Source: Octopus sinensis (lineage: Eukaryota). Taken from it: DNA of 64,000 nucleotides. The notes under the pieces were generated by a model. It was not told the DNA's origin. It did no database searches and saw only the letters and a program-made list of their open reading frames with translations. Location of the stretch: NCBI RefSeq assembly GCF_006345805.1, contig NC_043008.1, positions 47,058,001-47,122,000 on the forward strand, read 5' to 3'. Shown piece after piece: positions 49,930 through 63,122 of this stretch. The translations under genes were made by a program, and so were the position numbers. Position 1 is the stretch's first letter. The number at the start of each line of letters is the position of its first letter.

Positions 49930-51102
49930 AACACGAGAAAATGAAAAACAGAGAGAGAATAAACAAAAGAGAAAGCCTTAGTAGCTAGCGGTCAGTCATG
50001 GTGATGGTCAGACAAGATAGGTAAAGAAATAGATATAATGGTTTTATCATCAGGGTCTTTCAGTTCATTGCCTTTGCAGTGTTTCTATTTTGCCCTAGAT
50101 ATAGTTGTTTGATGTGCACCACTTACAGTGATAGTTTTATTATCTTATACCGATGTAATTATGTGGGCTATAACTTCTCAGGGTTATACTGTATACATTG
50201 TTTACTTCAGACAATCAATTAAATCTCTTTAATTTTTTTATTTTATCCCTGCATTTTAGTTTATAAGTGAATATACGTGTGAGTAACTGGAGTAGGAAAA
50301 CATTGAATCTTCACAGGATTAAAGATGTGAAGAATTAGAGATAAAAACGAAAGATATAAGAAAAATAATTTTCGTTACTCGAGAAGAAACATATAAAAAA
50401 TTTAATGAAAAGATAATTCATAAGTAGCATAACTCAATTGATAATACGTTTTCCCCTTCCAGCATCTCAGGCTTTTTTTTACTCATAGAAACATACTCGA
50501 CACTATAGACTTCATAACTTCACTGTTTTTAAATTGAAATTAAATTTGGACTTTATTATCAACTATATAGATATGAGAAGAATTTCACGGCACATGTATG
50601 TATGTATATACATATATATAAATAAATATATATATATATATTACACATTATATTTGTACACTATATATATAGACACGGAGAACAAAAATCAATAAGTTGT
50701 CAATAATAACATTACCTCTACACTTATTATACATAATACTACTATCGCAGAACACTTTTACACAAAAAATATTGTTCGTTATGTATGTGGAAACATCAAA
50801 AATAAAAGAATGTGAGAATAAGGTGTGGAGAGGCAACGGTGCAGATATGCGCATGTGTTTGTACGTTTGTGTGCATTGAAACATATATATATAAGTGTGT
50901 GTGTATGTGTACGTATATATAGTATATAATATATATATATAGTATATTTACCATATATGCTTATGTATATACATAATAAATCTTAGTATATTTACACCCC
51001 CACACAGAGGCAAACTCACACAAGTACACAAACACACACATATACGTTATGTTTCTGTTTAATATATACGTGTGCCAGTGTGTGTGTGTGTGCCAGTGTG
51101 TG

Positions 51103-51171
<69 letters not shown>

Positions 51172-51269
51172 CGAGTGTAAACAGTATACTGCTCCTAAAC
51201 CAGGAACTTCTTTCCTGCTTTTCCAGAGAGAGAAGGAAATGGCTGACTTCTAATGTGTATTTTACGTCG

Positions 51270-51795
51270 ACATCAGCGTTCAAGTGGTACGTTGTGAGTT
51301 CAAATTCCGCAGACGTCAACGTTGCCTTTCATCGAGAAAATAAGTACCAGCAATGCACTGGGGTCGATGTAATCGTTAGCACGCCGGACAAAAAATGCTT
51401 AGCGGCATTTCGTCAGTCTTTACATATTGAGTTCAACTTCCACCGAGATGGATTTCGCCTTTCATTTATTGGGGTCGAAAAAGTAAATACCATCTGGGCC
51501 TTGGGATCAATCTAACCGACTTAGTCCCTAGCCCCAAAAGATCTGCTTTTGCGGGTACTTGTGCCAAAATTTGAAACCATTGTTTGTAAAGTTTAAAGCG
51601 GCAAGCGACCAGAATCGTCAGCACGGCGGACAAAACAGCGGCATTTCGTCTGCATTTACGTTCTATGTTCAAATTCCATTCCGTTCGACTTTGCCTTTCA
51701 TATATTCAGGGGTTGATAAAAGAATTAGCAGCTGAGCACTGGGTGGGATATAATCGGCTTACCCCTCCCCTCAAATTATTGACCTTGTGCCAAAA
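51270..51795 (+). mobile_element. Three head-to-tail SINE family A units
   Basis: gagttcaaattcc / ttagcggcatttcgtc / cttgtgccaaaat motifs recur at about 51295, 51400-51570 and 51600-51795. Confidence 0.85.
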
Positions 51796-52314
51796 TATGA
51801 AATAAATGAAAAATCATTTGTGCATTAAGATGTATACCGTTATGCTTTTGATGATGCTTAGTCAGGAATTGGAAAGAAGAGAACATCGCACAAGTTTCAA
51901 AGCTTCTCTAACTATCGAGGAGACACAATGAAATTATCTAAAGAATGACGCTAGAATTTTCTGTATTTGTAACAAAGGAGAATCTCAGCAGTATAACACC
52001 TACGCAAATTCTATAAACAAATCTTTCAATAGAAATATTCTCATGAATTGAACAGCAACTGCTAGCCACCACTGACCACTCAAAATACGACAATCAAGGC
52101 ACTCCCCAAATCCTCCCTCCTTCTCCTCATCCTTCTTCTTCTTCTTCTTTTTCTTCCCTACCAAGAATTCACAACAACCTCGAACACACAAGTGTAAACA
52201 AGAGAGACAGAGCAAGGCAGAAACAAGGAAAATGCCACTTATATTCGAACACTATACAAATATTCTTTTTTAAAAAAAATTCTTTTAATTTTTCTAAATT
52301 TAATTATTTAATCG

Positions 52315-52358
52315 TTACAGTTGAAAAGGTCTCAAAATGACCGAAACCGGTACTGAAA
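52315..52358 (+). ncRNA. Degenerate minimal type I hammerhead-like motif
   Basis: UUACAG-UUGAAAA-GGUC(ucaaaau)GACC-GAAA-CCGG-UA-CUGAAA: all stems are present, with two transitions relative to the CUGANGA core. Confidence 0.5.
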
Positions 52359-52524
52359 TGTTATTTCTAAAATTATTTTAGCATTTTCTATCTTGACTTG
52401 TTTTTTCATATATATATATATATATATATATAATTTTAATCCAAAAGGGAAACAAAAAAACAACAACAACAGGAACAATTACAGTATTATTATTAATAGG
52501 CGCTCAGGAGATGGAAGCAGGGAG

Positions 52525-52560
52525 GTATGACGTTTCGAGCGGAGCTCTTCGTCGGAAACA
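52525..52560 (-). ncRNA. Minimal hammerhead-like motif with CCGACGA core
   Basis: UGUUU-CCGACGA-A-GAGC(ucc)GCUC-GAAAC-GUC-AUAC: palindromic ACGU stem III and a weak stem I. Confidence 0.45.
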
Positions 52561-53049
52561 TAAAGAAGGAAGAGAGAGGAAAGAAAGATCCCAGAGCGGG
52601 CAACAGGGAAAGAGAAAAAAGACGACTGGTGTTTACGAGTTGCACATGGTGAAAGGCGGATGTTGACGATAACAAGAGCAAAGTGGGTTTTTAAAGGCAA
52701 AAGAGAGGAGACAAGGTTGGTAACCCAACAGATGTGTGTGTATGTGTGAGTGTGTGCATGTGCGTGTGTGTATGTGGTGTGTGAGGCGAGATGAAAAAAC
52801 AAAAAAATATATGTGTGTGTTAGTGTGTGCGTCTGTGTGTAGGCGTGTGAGGTAGGGCGAGACCAGTGGTCAGCTAGCAGACGAGGTCAGTACTAAGAAA
52901 AAGAAGGAAGGGGAAGGGAGGTCAGTAGTAAGAAAAAGAAGGAAGGAGGAAGGGAGGGAGGGGAAGGGATGGGGGCGTATGTAGCGTGCCAGCGTGTGTT
53001 GAGTAGTAGTGTGAGTGTTTGTCCAGTGTCGTGGTGGTATTAATGGCGA

Positions 53050-53088
53050 GTAGATTGAATGTGTGTAAGAGTGATGTATATATATAGG
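53050..53088 (-). promoter_or_regulatory. Candidate TATA + initiator core promoter, TSS ~53056
   Basis: Minus strand TATATATATA begins at 53086. The Inr-like TCAATCT (YYANWYY) has its A at 53056, 30 nt downstream, in a non-TE, CpG-containing region. Confidence 0.35.
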
Positions 53089-54822
53089 CAAGGTGTGTAT
53101 ATGTGTGCGCGTGTGTGTAACGAAAAAGGGGGGGGGGTTAAGGAAAAAGGACTCCAGCTGAGGGGAAGATGGAAGAGTGGTACCGCGGAGACAGGCGTGG
53201 GAATATATATATATATATATATATATGACTAGGTGGAGAAATGAATTGAAGTTGGGTTTTTGGAGTTCGAATGATTAATCGTTACCGTAAAATCGTTTAG
53301 ATGTAAAATACCCTTCTCGATAAAATTATATAATCGTGTAGGTGATGGATGTAGGCCCCAAATCATTCGATGAATTGAAATTTGTTAGTTACTCGAGGCA
53401 ATTATTAGCGACTCAAGAAATGAAAGGAGAGATATGAATACAAGAAAGGTTAAGTTTAATTCACGGAAATTTTCGTTTCAACACTTAGTGACATATTGTG
53501 TGATTATGAGTTTGTAGTCTGTTGTAAATCAATATCCGAAACAGCTAAACATAAATTTAATGCATTTCCACTTTAAAAATTATTTCGAGAACTCTTAAAC
53601 ATTTTTGTAAATAGGTAAAAAAAAATACGTTAATCACATTTTGATAACAAACATGTAAATATTTATTAGAATGTATTTTCGGTTAACACATGTTAAAAAG
53701 CACAATCGATAGACTAAAAATCACACATTGATATTGATTTCTGCTTCCTTTCTTAAATACGAAATCTCCGATGCACGCATTAGAGTAGAAGTAAATTACA
53801 TTAAGATTTTTGATGCTTGAAAATTAGTCGTCCTGTAGGCAGCGGATTTCTGTGTAGGGTACAGTAAATTGATACAGACGCAAAACCTAATAACCTAGAG
53901 CGAAAATAGAACGGTGAAACAAGTGGTATAAGGCATTATATTTTCTGATCCACAAAACAGAAGTTATATCATAGGGGAATTTTATATGGTGTGTTATTTC
54001 AACCAGCAGATGTTTACCTCAATAGGATCCATTAACATCGAATCGGGAATAGTTACTTTCAATTTAGAAAATTCAATAAAGAAACACGATACTTTCAAAG
54101 AGAAATGCATGTTCATATTTAATATATTTAATCTCTCACAGAATAAACATAACGAAATCTATTTCTATTGGTAGCAATTGAAATTCATAAACGAAAATAT
54201 GTTGCTTAACAGAGCAAAGTATTTCAACCATATTGAGGTTTATGTGTTTTGCATTCAGTACAGTTTTGAGTCTTCACCACTTATCGATTTCCATCTGCCC
54301 ATTTCATTATATGTCTACTTTACAAGTTTCATTTAGAAATTTAAATAATATCTACTTCAAAGGTAATAGATATTTCGTTTTATGTGCAAAAAAGAAAGGC
54401 TTTTCCAACAGTTATATCAACGGTGGTGGCACGGCTTTGTTATTGAGAGTAGCTCGTGTGTTACTTTTCTTTTTATTCGTGATTTATTTAGCGAATTAAC
54501 TGACTATAAAGTGCAAAACATACAAAAGTGGCGCATGCACTATATGTACATGTGTGTGTGAGCGTGCGTGTTTCTGCGCTTGCTTGCGTGTGTATATATA
54601 TATGCGTGCGTGTGTGTGTGTGTGTATATATATATATACATGCACACACATACATATATATGTGTGTGTGCGTGTGTGTATATATATATATATAGAGAGA
54701 GAGATATAGATAGATAGATATATACTTACATATATAAATATGCAAATATACACACACATGCATATGTCATAAATATATATACAAATATATATATACTTAC
54801 ATATATATATATATATACTTAC

Positions 54823-54889
<67 letters not shown>

Positions 54890-55052
54890 ATATATATATA
54901 TGATTGTATGTCATTGTTCAGTTTTATTTTAAGATTTGTTGCCTGTAGAGAAGGAACCGGTTTCTAACCTGATACAAGGCTCCTTTATAGGGATTTCACA
55001 TCAACAGCAGGGTATATTTGTATGTATATACACACACACACACACACACACC

Positions 55053-55097
<45 letters not shown>

Positions 55098-55217
55098 GTA
55101 TATACGTGTGCAGATTTGTAAGTTTTGCTTTATATATGTAGTCTCATGCATATATTTGCGTATCTTGACATGCTCATACATATTCAAATGATAATGGATT
55201 AGCAACTATAACATCCT

Positions 55218-55299
<82 letters not shown>

Positions 55300-55399
55300 C
55301 ATATACATATATCCATATGTAACTGAGATAAACTTAGATATATTTCGACCAAAGATTTGTCCAGGCCATGTCTAACTTAATAGCACCACCCGATATGAT

Positions 55400-55780
55400 T
55401 ATCTAAATCCTGTTTTTAGTGAAGTTTTGTTTATGGTCCATTCAAGTAGTGAGTTCTATGTTGAGTGAGTTCTATCCAGGTGTGGGTGGTTTATCCGGTA
55501 TTCCTTGTAGAAATTTTCCAGGCCCCGTTTAAAGGTGATGGGATCCTTTTCCTGTTTGATGTCTTTCGGGACAATGTTAAAGAGCGCAGGGCCTGTCGAG
55601 GAAAAGAAATTACGTCGCAGTGTACCTTACTTTTATTCTTTTATTGCCATCTTTTTCCAAAATAACTGTTTGGATTAAACTCTGTTATTTCCCTCTGTGT
55701 AACCATTTCACATCGTCTCTCACGAGAGAATATTCCTAACATCCTAGAAACAGTTGTAAGACTAACTTTCTCTTTTTATA
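55400..55780 (-). mobile_element. CR1-like LINE 3' end
   Basis: TLRRNFFSSTGPALFNIVPKDIKQEKDPITFKRGL, then a frameshifted GIPDKPPTPG, matches the typical CR1/L2 ORF2 tail (F...G..LFN.LP..I....FK..LD). Confidence 0.75.
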
Positions 55781-55843
55781 AATGTCCTGAATATTCAACA
55801 TGACCTTGGCTTTGTCGTTTCATTGTATTTAACACACACATAA

Positions 55844-55880
<37 letters not shown>

Positions 55881-57751
55881 CACACACACAAACACGCACA
55901 TATTTATATATACAAATATATTTCCATACATGTGTACATATTAGTACATATATATATATACAAATATATATGTAGACATATGTATATGCATATATGTGTG
56001 CATACATACATAGATACATATATACATGCGTCTGTTTATTCAGCAACATTCGCTAACCTCCGCCTCGCAAGTAGCCGCTTATTGTGACACAGCTGAATTG
56101 CCCAATGGTGTAATATTGACGATAGAAAATAATATCTTGTGTAGTTTGTAAATTAACAAATATAAGGCATCATATCGCAAATCTATGTAGCAGCGTTGTG
56201 GAAAAACTTTCTACCTGTAATATGGAGTGAAATTTCATTGTTATTTACGCATCTCTATGTTATTGGTCACCTGACTGCCCACCTGGCCATAGTAGATGTG
56301 CAAGGCTTATACTTAAAATGTTAAAACGATGCGCGTCTGACTGAGCTTACTTGAACTACTCTTTTGGACGAATGGTTACCAAAATATACATACAGCGTGG
56401 TTTATGAATAAGTAAAAGTCTAGATATTAGTCTTATCGAAACTAGATGTTGTCTGCGTGGAGAGAAAATATGCATAAAAGTAACACAGCTCATCAATGTT
56501 ATCCAGAAAGCCACGTCGCTATATAATTTGGGGGAATTTATGATGAACACTTATTCCTTACATATTGGAATGTAGACACATTATATACCAACAGAACTAT
56601 GTATCTCTAAATTCACTATATTATTCACAGATTACTAGCAGAACTCGATGGCGGCTTCGTGAAACTGAGCCAATAATAACTAAAATGTGCAGAACTCAAT
56701 ACATCATTTCAATATTACATTTTTAATAATTTTAAATGGAAATATGTTTTAGCTGTTGTATCCATTTAGATACATTACTGCAAAATAAATATTTACCTAA
56801 TCAGTTGCGTTAATGGTTCTCGTTGCATTTGTCTTTATGAAATATACTTTGTTTTTCATTTTACTTTTAAGTATATGGAAAATTTCTGATTTTGTACCTG
56901 TGTGTATGTGTGTGTGTGTATGTGTGTGTGTGTGTGTATGTGTGTGTGTGTCTGTATGCGCGAGTGTGTTTGTCAAAGATATCCATATTTAAAGATATCC
57001 ATATTCATGTATATCTATGGCTATACAGATATACACAAAATTTGGTAGACAGACAGACATACAGAAATACAGACATAAACAGACAATAATTAATATAGAA
57101 TCTGGCTATTAAATGGTAAGGGACTTTGAAAACCTCTAGAGCATTAGCAGTCTCTGTACCCCGCACCTTTCTAACTTCAACCTACTAGCTTTTTGCTAAA
57201 AAACATTCAAATGTATCTAAACTGAATGAGGATGGGTTTAAGGTTTTGAAATTTGTACTACCCCTTCCTATATCTATAAATAGAAAAAGAAATTGTTTGT
57301 CTCCATTCAACCAAGAATAAAGCCCCCTCCCCAGTGACAGATCTAAACAACAAAGTGAACTAAATGACAAAATCTGCAGACGGAGAGTGAACATATTCCT
57401 ATCATGTTCTTAAGAATGAAATCAACCTCTTTGTCCATATCTCTACCCTCTTTATAATGTTGGCAAATGAAATAGGGATAAGAATGTGCATTGTCCGTTT
57501 AATTGGAAAATTATATATGTGGCTGAAGATTGCGCGACATTTTAAAACTGATGTAATACTTACAGTGTTTCATAAAATGAAGTAGCATGAAACAATTGTA
57601 CTACTCTACCTTGGATATACTTGTTGTTTATTTTGATTATAATCCCCCCATTTGATTTATATGGATAATACCATACAAAATTCTGGTGCCTTTAACTTAA
57701 GTACCATATTCATCTGAATCAAAATTTTGCTGAACTTATATATATATGTGT

Positions 57752-57784
<33 letters not shown>

Positions 57785-57890
57785 TATTTCACTTCTCTGG
57801 TCCCATAATAAACGGTCTACTATTTTTTGCACATCACCATTCGTATTTTCACATGAGTATGTCTTCATTGTCGTTATTTGTATTAATCTC

Positions 57891-58475
57891 GGCGGCGAGC
57901 TGGCAGAAACGTTAGCAGGCCGGGTGAAATGCGTAGCCGTATTTTTGTATGCCGTTACGTTCTGAGTTCAAATTCTGCCGAGGTCGACTTTGGCTTTCAT
58001 TCTTTCGAGGTCGATACATTAAGTACCAGTTACGAACTAGTGTCTATATGATCGACTTAATTCGTTTGTCTGTCCTTGTTTGTCCCCTCTGAGCTTAGCC
58101 CTTTGTGGGTAGTAAAGAAATAAGAAACGTTTGCTCGCCGGGCGAAATGCTTAGCGGTATTTCGTCTGCCGTTACGTTCTGAGTTCAAATTCAACCGATG
58201 TCGACTATGCCTTTCATCCTTTCGTGGTCGATTAAATAAGTACCAGTTACGCACTGTAATCGACTTAATCCCTTTGCCTGTCCTTGTTTGTCCTCTCTGT
58301 GTGGGTAGTCAAGAAATAGGTATTTCGTCTGCCGCTACTTTCTGAGTTCAAATTCCGCCATGGTCGACTTTGCCATTCATCCTTTGAGGGTTGATAAATT
58401 AAGAACCAGCTGCGTGCTGGAGTCGATCTAATCGACTGGCTCCCTCCCCAAAAATGTCAGGCCTTGTGCCTAGAG
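57891..58475 (+). mobile_element. SINE family A head-to-tail trimer
   Basis: Full head ggcggcgagctggcagaaacgttagc at 57891, with progressively 5'-truncated units starting at about 58124 and 58318. Confidence 0.9.
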
Positions 58476-58771
58476 AAGAAAATAAACTAATTTATGACTG
58501 ACTATATTTTTTTATAACGACAGGGAGTGAATATTGGTGTTTGTAAGCGTGTGCTTGTGTATGTATGTATGTATGTGTGTTTACGTGTGTGTACGTGTGT
58601 GCGCGTGCACATGTGTTTTCGTGTGTGAAAGTGCATGTGTCTGCAAAGGAGAAATGAGTGTTGCACACGCGTGCGTGTGTGTATGTGTGTGAGGAAGGGA
58701 GTGTTGGGTTAGAAAGCCTAACAGTGTATGTTCGTATGTGCTCGTGAATGTGTGTGTCTGTGTTTGCTGAA

Positions 58772-61700
58772 ATGTACATGTATGTATAAACGTGTAGGTA
58801 TTTACATGTATGTATAAACGTGTAGGTATGTATGTGTATGTATAAACGTGTAGGTATGTATGTGTATGTATAAACGTGTAGGTATGTATGTGTATGTATA
58901 AACGTGTAGGTATGTATGTGTATGTATAAACGTGTAGGTATGTACATGTATATATAAACGTGTAGGTATGTACATGTATGTATAAACGTGTAGGTATGTA
59001 TGGTATGTATAACGTGTAGGTATGTACATGTATGTATAAACGTGTAGGTATGTATGTGTATGTATAAACGTGTAGGTATGTACATGTATGTATAAACGTG
59101 TAGGTATGTATGTGTATGTATAAATGTGTAGGTATGTATGTGTATGTATAAACGTGTAGGTATGTATGTGTATGTATAAACGTGTAGGTAGTATGTGTAT
59201 GTATAAACGTGTAGGTATGTATGTGTATGTAAAACGTGTAGGTATGTATGTGTATGTATAAACGTGTAGGTATGTATGTGTATGTATAAACGTGTAGGTA
59301 TGTATGTGTATGTATAAACGTGTAGGTATGTATGTGTATGTATAAACGTGTAGGTATGTACATGTATGTATAAACGTGTAGGTATATATGTGTATGTATA
59401 AATGTGTAGGTATGTATGTGTATGTATAAACGTGTAGGTATGTATGTGTATGTATAAACGTGTAGGTATGTATGTGTATGTATAAACGTGTAGGTATGTA
59501 TGTGTATGTATAAACGTGTAGGTATGTATGTGTATGTATAAACGTGTAGGTATGTACATGTATGTATAAACGTGTAGGTATGTATGTGTATGTATAAACG
59601 TGTAGGTATGTACATGTATGTATAAACGTGTAGGTATGTATGTGTATGTATAAACGTGTAGGTATGTATGTGTATGTATGAACGTGTAGGTATGTATGTG
59701 TATGTATAAACGTGTAGGTATGTATGTGTATGTATAAACGTGTAGGTATGTATGTGTATGTATAAACGTGTAGGTATGTATGTGTATGTATAAACGTGTA
59801 GGTATGTACATGTATGTATAAACGTGTAAGTATGTATGTGTATGTATAAACGTGTAGGTATGTACATGTATGTATAAACGTGTAGGTATGTATGTGTATG
59901 TATAAACGTGTAGGTATGTATGTGTATGTATAAACGTGTAGGTATGTATGTGTATGTATAAACGTGTAGGTATGTACATGTAAGTATAAATGTGTAGGTA
60001 TGTATGTGTATGTATAAACGTGTAGGTATGTACATGTATGTATAAACGTGTAGGTATGTATGTGTATGTATAAATGTGTAGGTATGTATGTGTATGTATA
60101 AACGTGTAGGTATGTATGTGTATGTATAAACGTGTAGGTATGTATGTGTATGTATAAACGTGTAGGTATGTATGTGTATGTATAAACGTGTAGGTATGTA
60201 TGTGTATGTATAAACGTGTAGGTATGTACATGTATGTATAAACGTGTAGGTATGTATGTGTATGTATAAACGTGTAGGTATGTACATGTATGTATAAACG
60301 TGTAGGTATGTTGTGTATGTATAACGTGTAGGTATGTATGTGTATGTATAAACGTGTAGGTATGTATGTGTATGTATAAACGTGTAGGTATGTATGTGTA
60401 TGTATAAACGTGTAGGTATGTACATGTATGTATAAACGTGTAGGTATGTACATGTATGTATAAACGTGTAGGTATGTATGTGTATGTATAAACGTGTAGG
60501 TATGTACATGTATGTATAAACGTGTAGGTATGTATGTGTATGTATAAACGTGTAGGTATGTACATGTATGTATAAACGTGTAGGTATGTACATGTATGTA
60601 TAAACGTGTAGGTATGTATGTGTATGTATAAATGTGTAGGTATGTACATGTATGTATAAACGTGTAGGTATGTATGTGTATGTATAAACGTGTAGGTATG
60701 TACATGTATGTATAAACGTGTATGTATGTATGTGTATGTATAAATGTGTAGGTATGTATGTGTATGTATAAACGTGTAGGTATGTACATGTATGTATAAA
60801 CGTGTAGGTATGTATGTGTATGTATAAATGTGTAGGTATGTATGTGTATGTATAAACGTGTAGGTATGTACATGTATGTATAAACGTGTAGGTATGTATG
60901 TGTATGTATAAACGTGTAGGTATGTATGTGTATGTATAAATTTGTAGGTATGTACATGTATGTATAAACGTGTAGGTATGTATGTGTATGTATAAACGTG
61001 TAGGTATGTACATGTATGTATAAACGTGTAGGTATGTATGTGTATGTATAAACGTGTAGGTATGTACATGTATGTATAAACGTGTAGGTATGTATGTGTA
61101 TGTATAAATGTGTAGGTATGTACATGTATGTATAAACGTGTAGGTATGTATGTGTATGTATAAACGTGTAGGTATGTACATGTATGTATAAACGTGTAGG
61201 TATGTATGTGTATGTATAAATGTGTAGGTATGTACATGTATGTATAAACGTGTAGGTATGTATGTGTATGTATAAATGTGTAGGTATTTATGTGTATGTA
61301 TAAACGTGTAGGTATGTACATGTATGTATAAACGTGTAGGTATGTATGTGTATGTATAAATGTGTAGGTATGTATGTGTATGTATAAACGTGTAGGTATG
61401 TACATGTATGTATAAACGTGTAGGTATGTATGTGTATGTATAAATGTGTAGGTATGTATGTGTATGTATAAACGTGTAGGTATGTATGTGTATGTATAAA
61501 CGTGTAGGTATGTATGTGTATGTATAAACGTGTAGGTATGTACATGTATGTATAAACGTGTAGGTATGTATGTGTATGTATAAATGTGTAGGTATGTATG
61601 TGTATGTATAAACGTGTAGGTATGTATGTGTATGTATAAACGTGTAGGTATGTATGTGTATGTATAAATGTGTAGGTATGTATGTGTATGTATAAACGTG

Positions 61701-62789
61701 TAGGTATGTATGTGTATGTATAAACGTGTAGGTAAGTACATGTATGTATAAACGTGTAGGTATGTATGTGTATGTATAAACGTGTAGGTATGTATGTGTA
61801 TGTATAAACGTGTAGGTATGTATGTGTATGTATAAACGTGTATGTATGTATGTGTATGTATAAACGTGTAGGTATGTACATGTATGTATAAACGTGTAGG
61901 TATGTATGTGTATGTATAAATGTGTAGGTATGTATGTGTATGTATAAACGTGTAGGTATGTACATGTATGTATAAACGTGTAGGTTTGTATGTGTATGTA
62001 TAAATGTGTAGGTATGTATGTGTATGTATAAACGTGTAGGTATGTATGTGTATGTATAAACGTGTAGGTATGTATGTGTATGTATAAACGTGTAGGTATG
62101 TACATGTATGTATAAACGTGTAGGTATGTATGTGTATGTATAAATGTGTAGGTATGTATGTGTATGTATAAACGTGTAGGTATGTATGTGTATGTATAAA
62201 CGTGTAGGTATGTATGTGTATGTATAAATGTTAGGTATGTACATGTATGTATAAACGTGTAGGTATGTATGTGTATGTATAAATGTGTAGGTATGTATGT
62301 GTATGTATAAACGTGTAGGTATGTATGTGTATGTATAAACGTGTAGGTATGTATGTGTATGTATAAATGTGTAGGTATGTATGTGTATGTATAAACGTGT
62401 AGGTATGTATGTGTATGTATAAACGTGTAGGTATGTACATGTATGTATAAACGTGTAGGTATGTATGTGTATGTATAAACGTGTAGGTATGTATGTGTAT
62501 GTATAAACGTGTAGGTATGTATGTGTATGTATAAACGTGTAGGTATGTATGTGTATGTATAAACGTGTAGGTATGTACATGTATGTATAAACGTGTAGGT
62601 ATGTATGTGTATGTATAAACGTGTAGGTATGTATGTGTATGTATAAACGTGTAGGTATGTATGTGTATGTATAAACGTGTAGGTATGTATGTGTATGTAT
62701 AAACGTGTAGGTATGTATGTGTATGTATAAACGTGTAGGTATGTATGTGTATGTATAAACGTGTAGGTATTATGTGTATGTATATAAAC
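58772..62789. repeat. 28-bp satellite, ~143 units, consensus CGTGTAGGTATGTATGTGTATGTATAAA
   Basis: Direct reading; the 28-aa periodicity of the giant ORFs equals 3 units. Confidence 0.98.
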
Positions 62790-62897
62790 ATATTGTAATT
62801 CATTTTTTTTGTCACGTAGAACATTAAGGCATTTCCTGCACCTTCTCGGGAAGAATAACGTTACAAATGTTAACGTATACATCTTCATATCTATTTC

Positions 62898-63122
62898 TAT
62901 ACTACCCACAAGGGGTTGAACACAGAGAGGACAAACAAGGACAGACAAAGGGATTAATTCTATTACATCGACCCCAGTCCGTAACTGGTACTTAATTTAT
63001 CGATCCCGAAAGGATGAAAGGCAGAGTCGACCTCCGCGGAATTTGAACTCAGAACGTAACGGCAGACGAAATACGGCTCCGCATTTCCCCCGGCGTGCTA
63101 ACGTTTCTGCCAGCTCGCCGCC
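62898..63122 (-). mobile_element. SINE family A full copy
   Basis: Reverse complement of the first unit at 57891 (ends gtttctgccagctcgccgcc). Confidence 0.9.

Noticed and set aside
58492-62948. Giant ORFs (877, 1455, 979 and 430 aa) on the minus strand
   Set aside because: They are translations of a stop-free 28-bp satellite; all three frames give the same 28-aa repeat, with no domain or codon structure.
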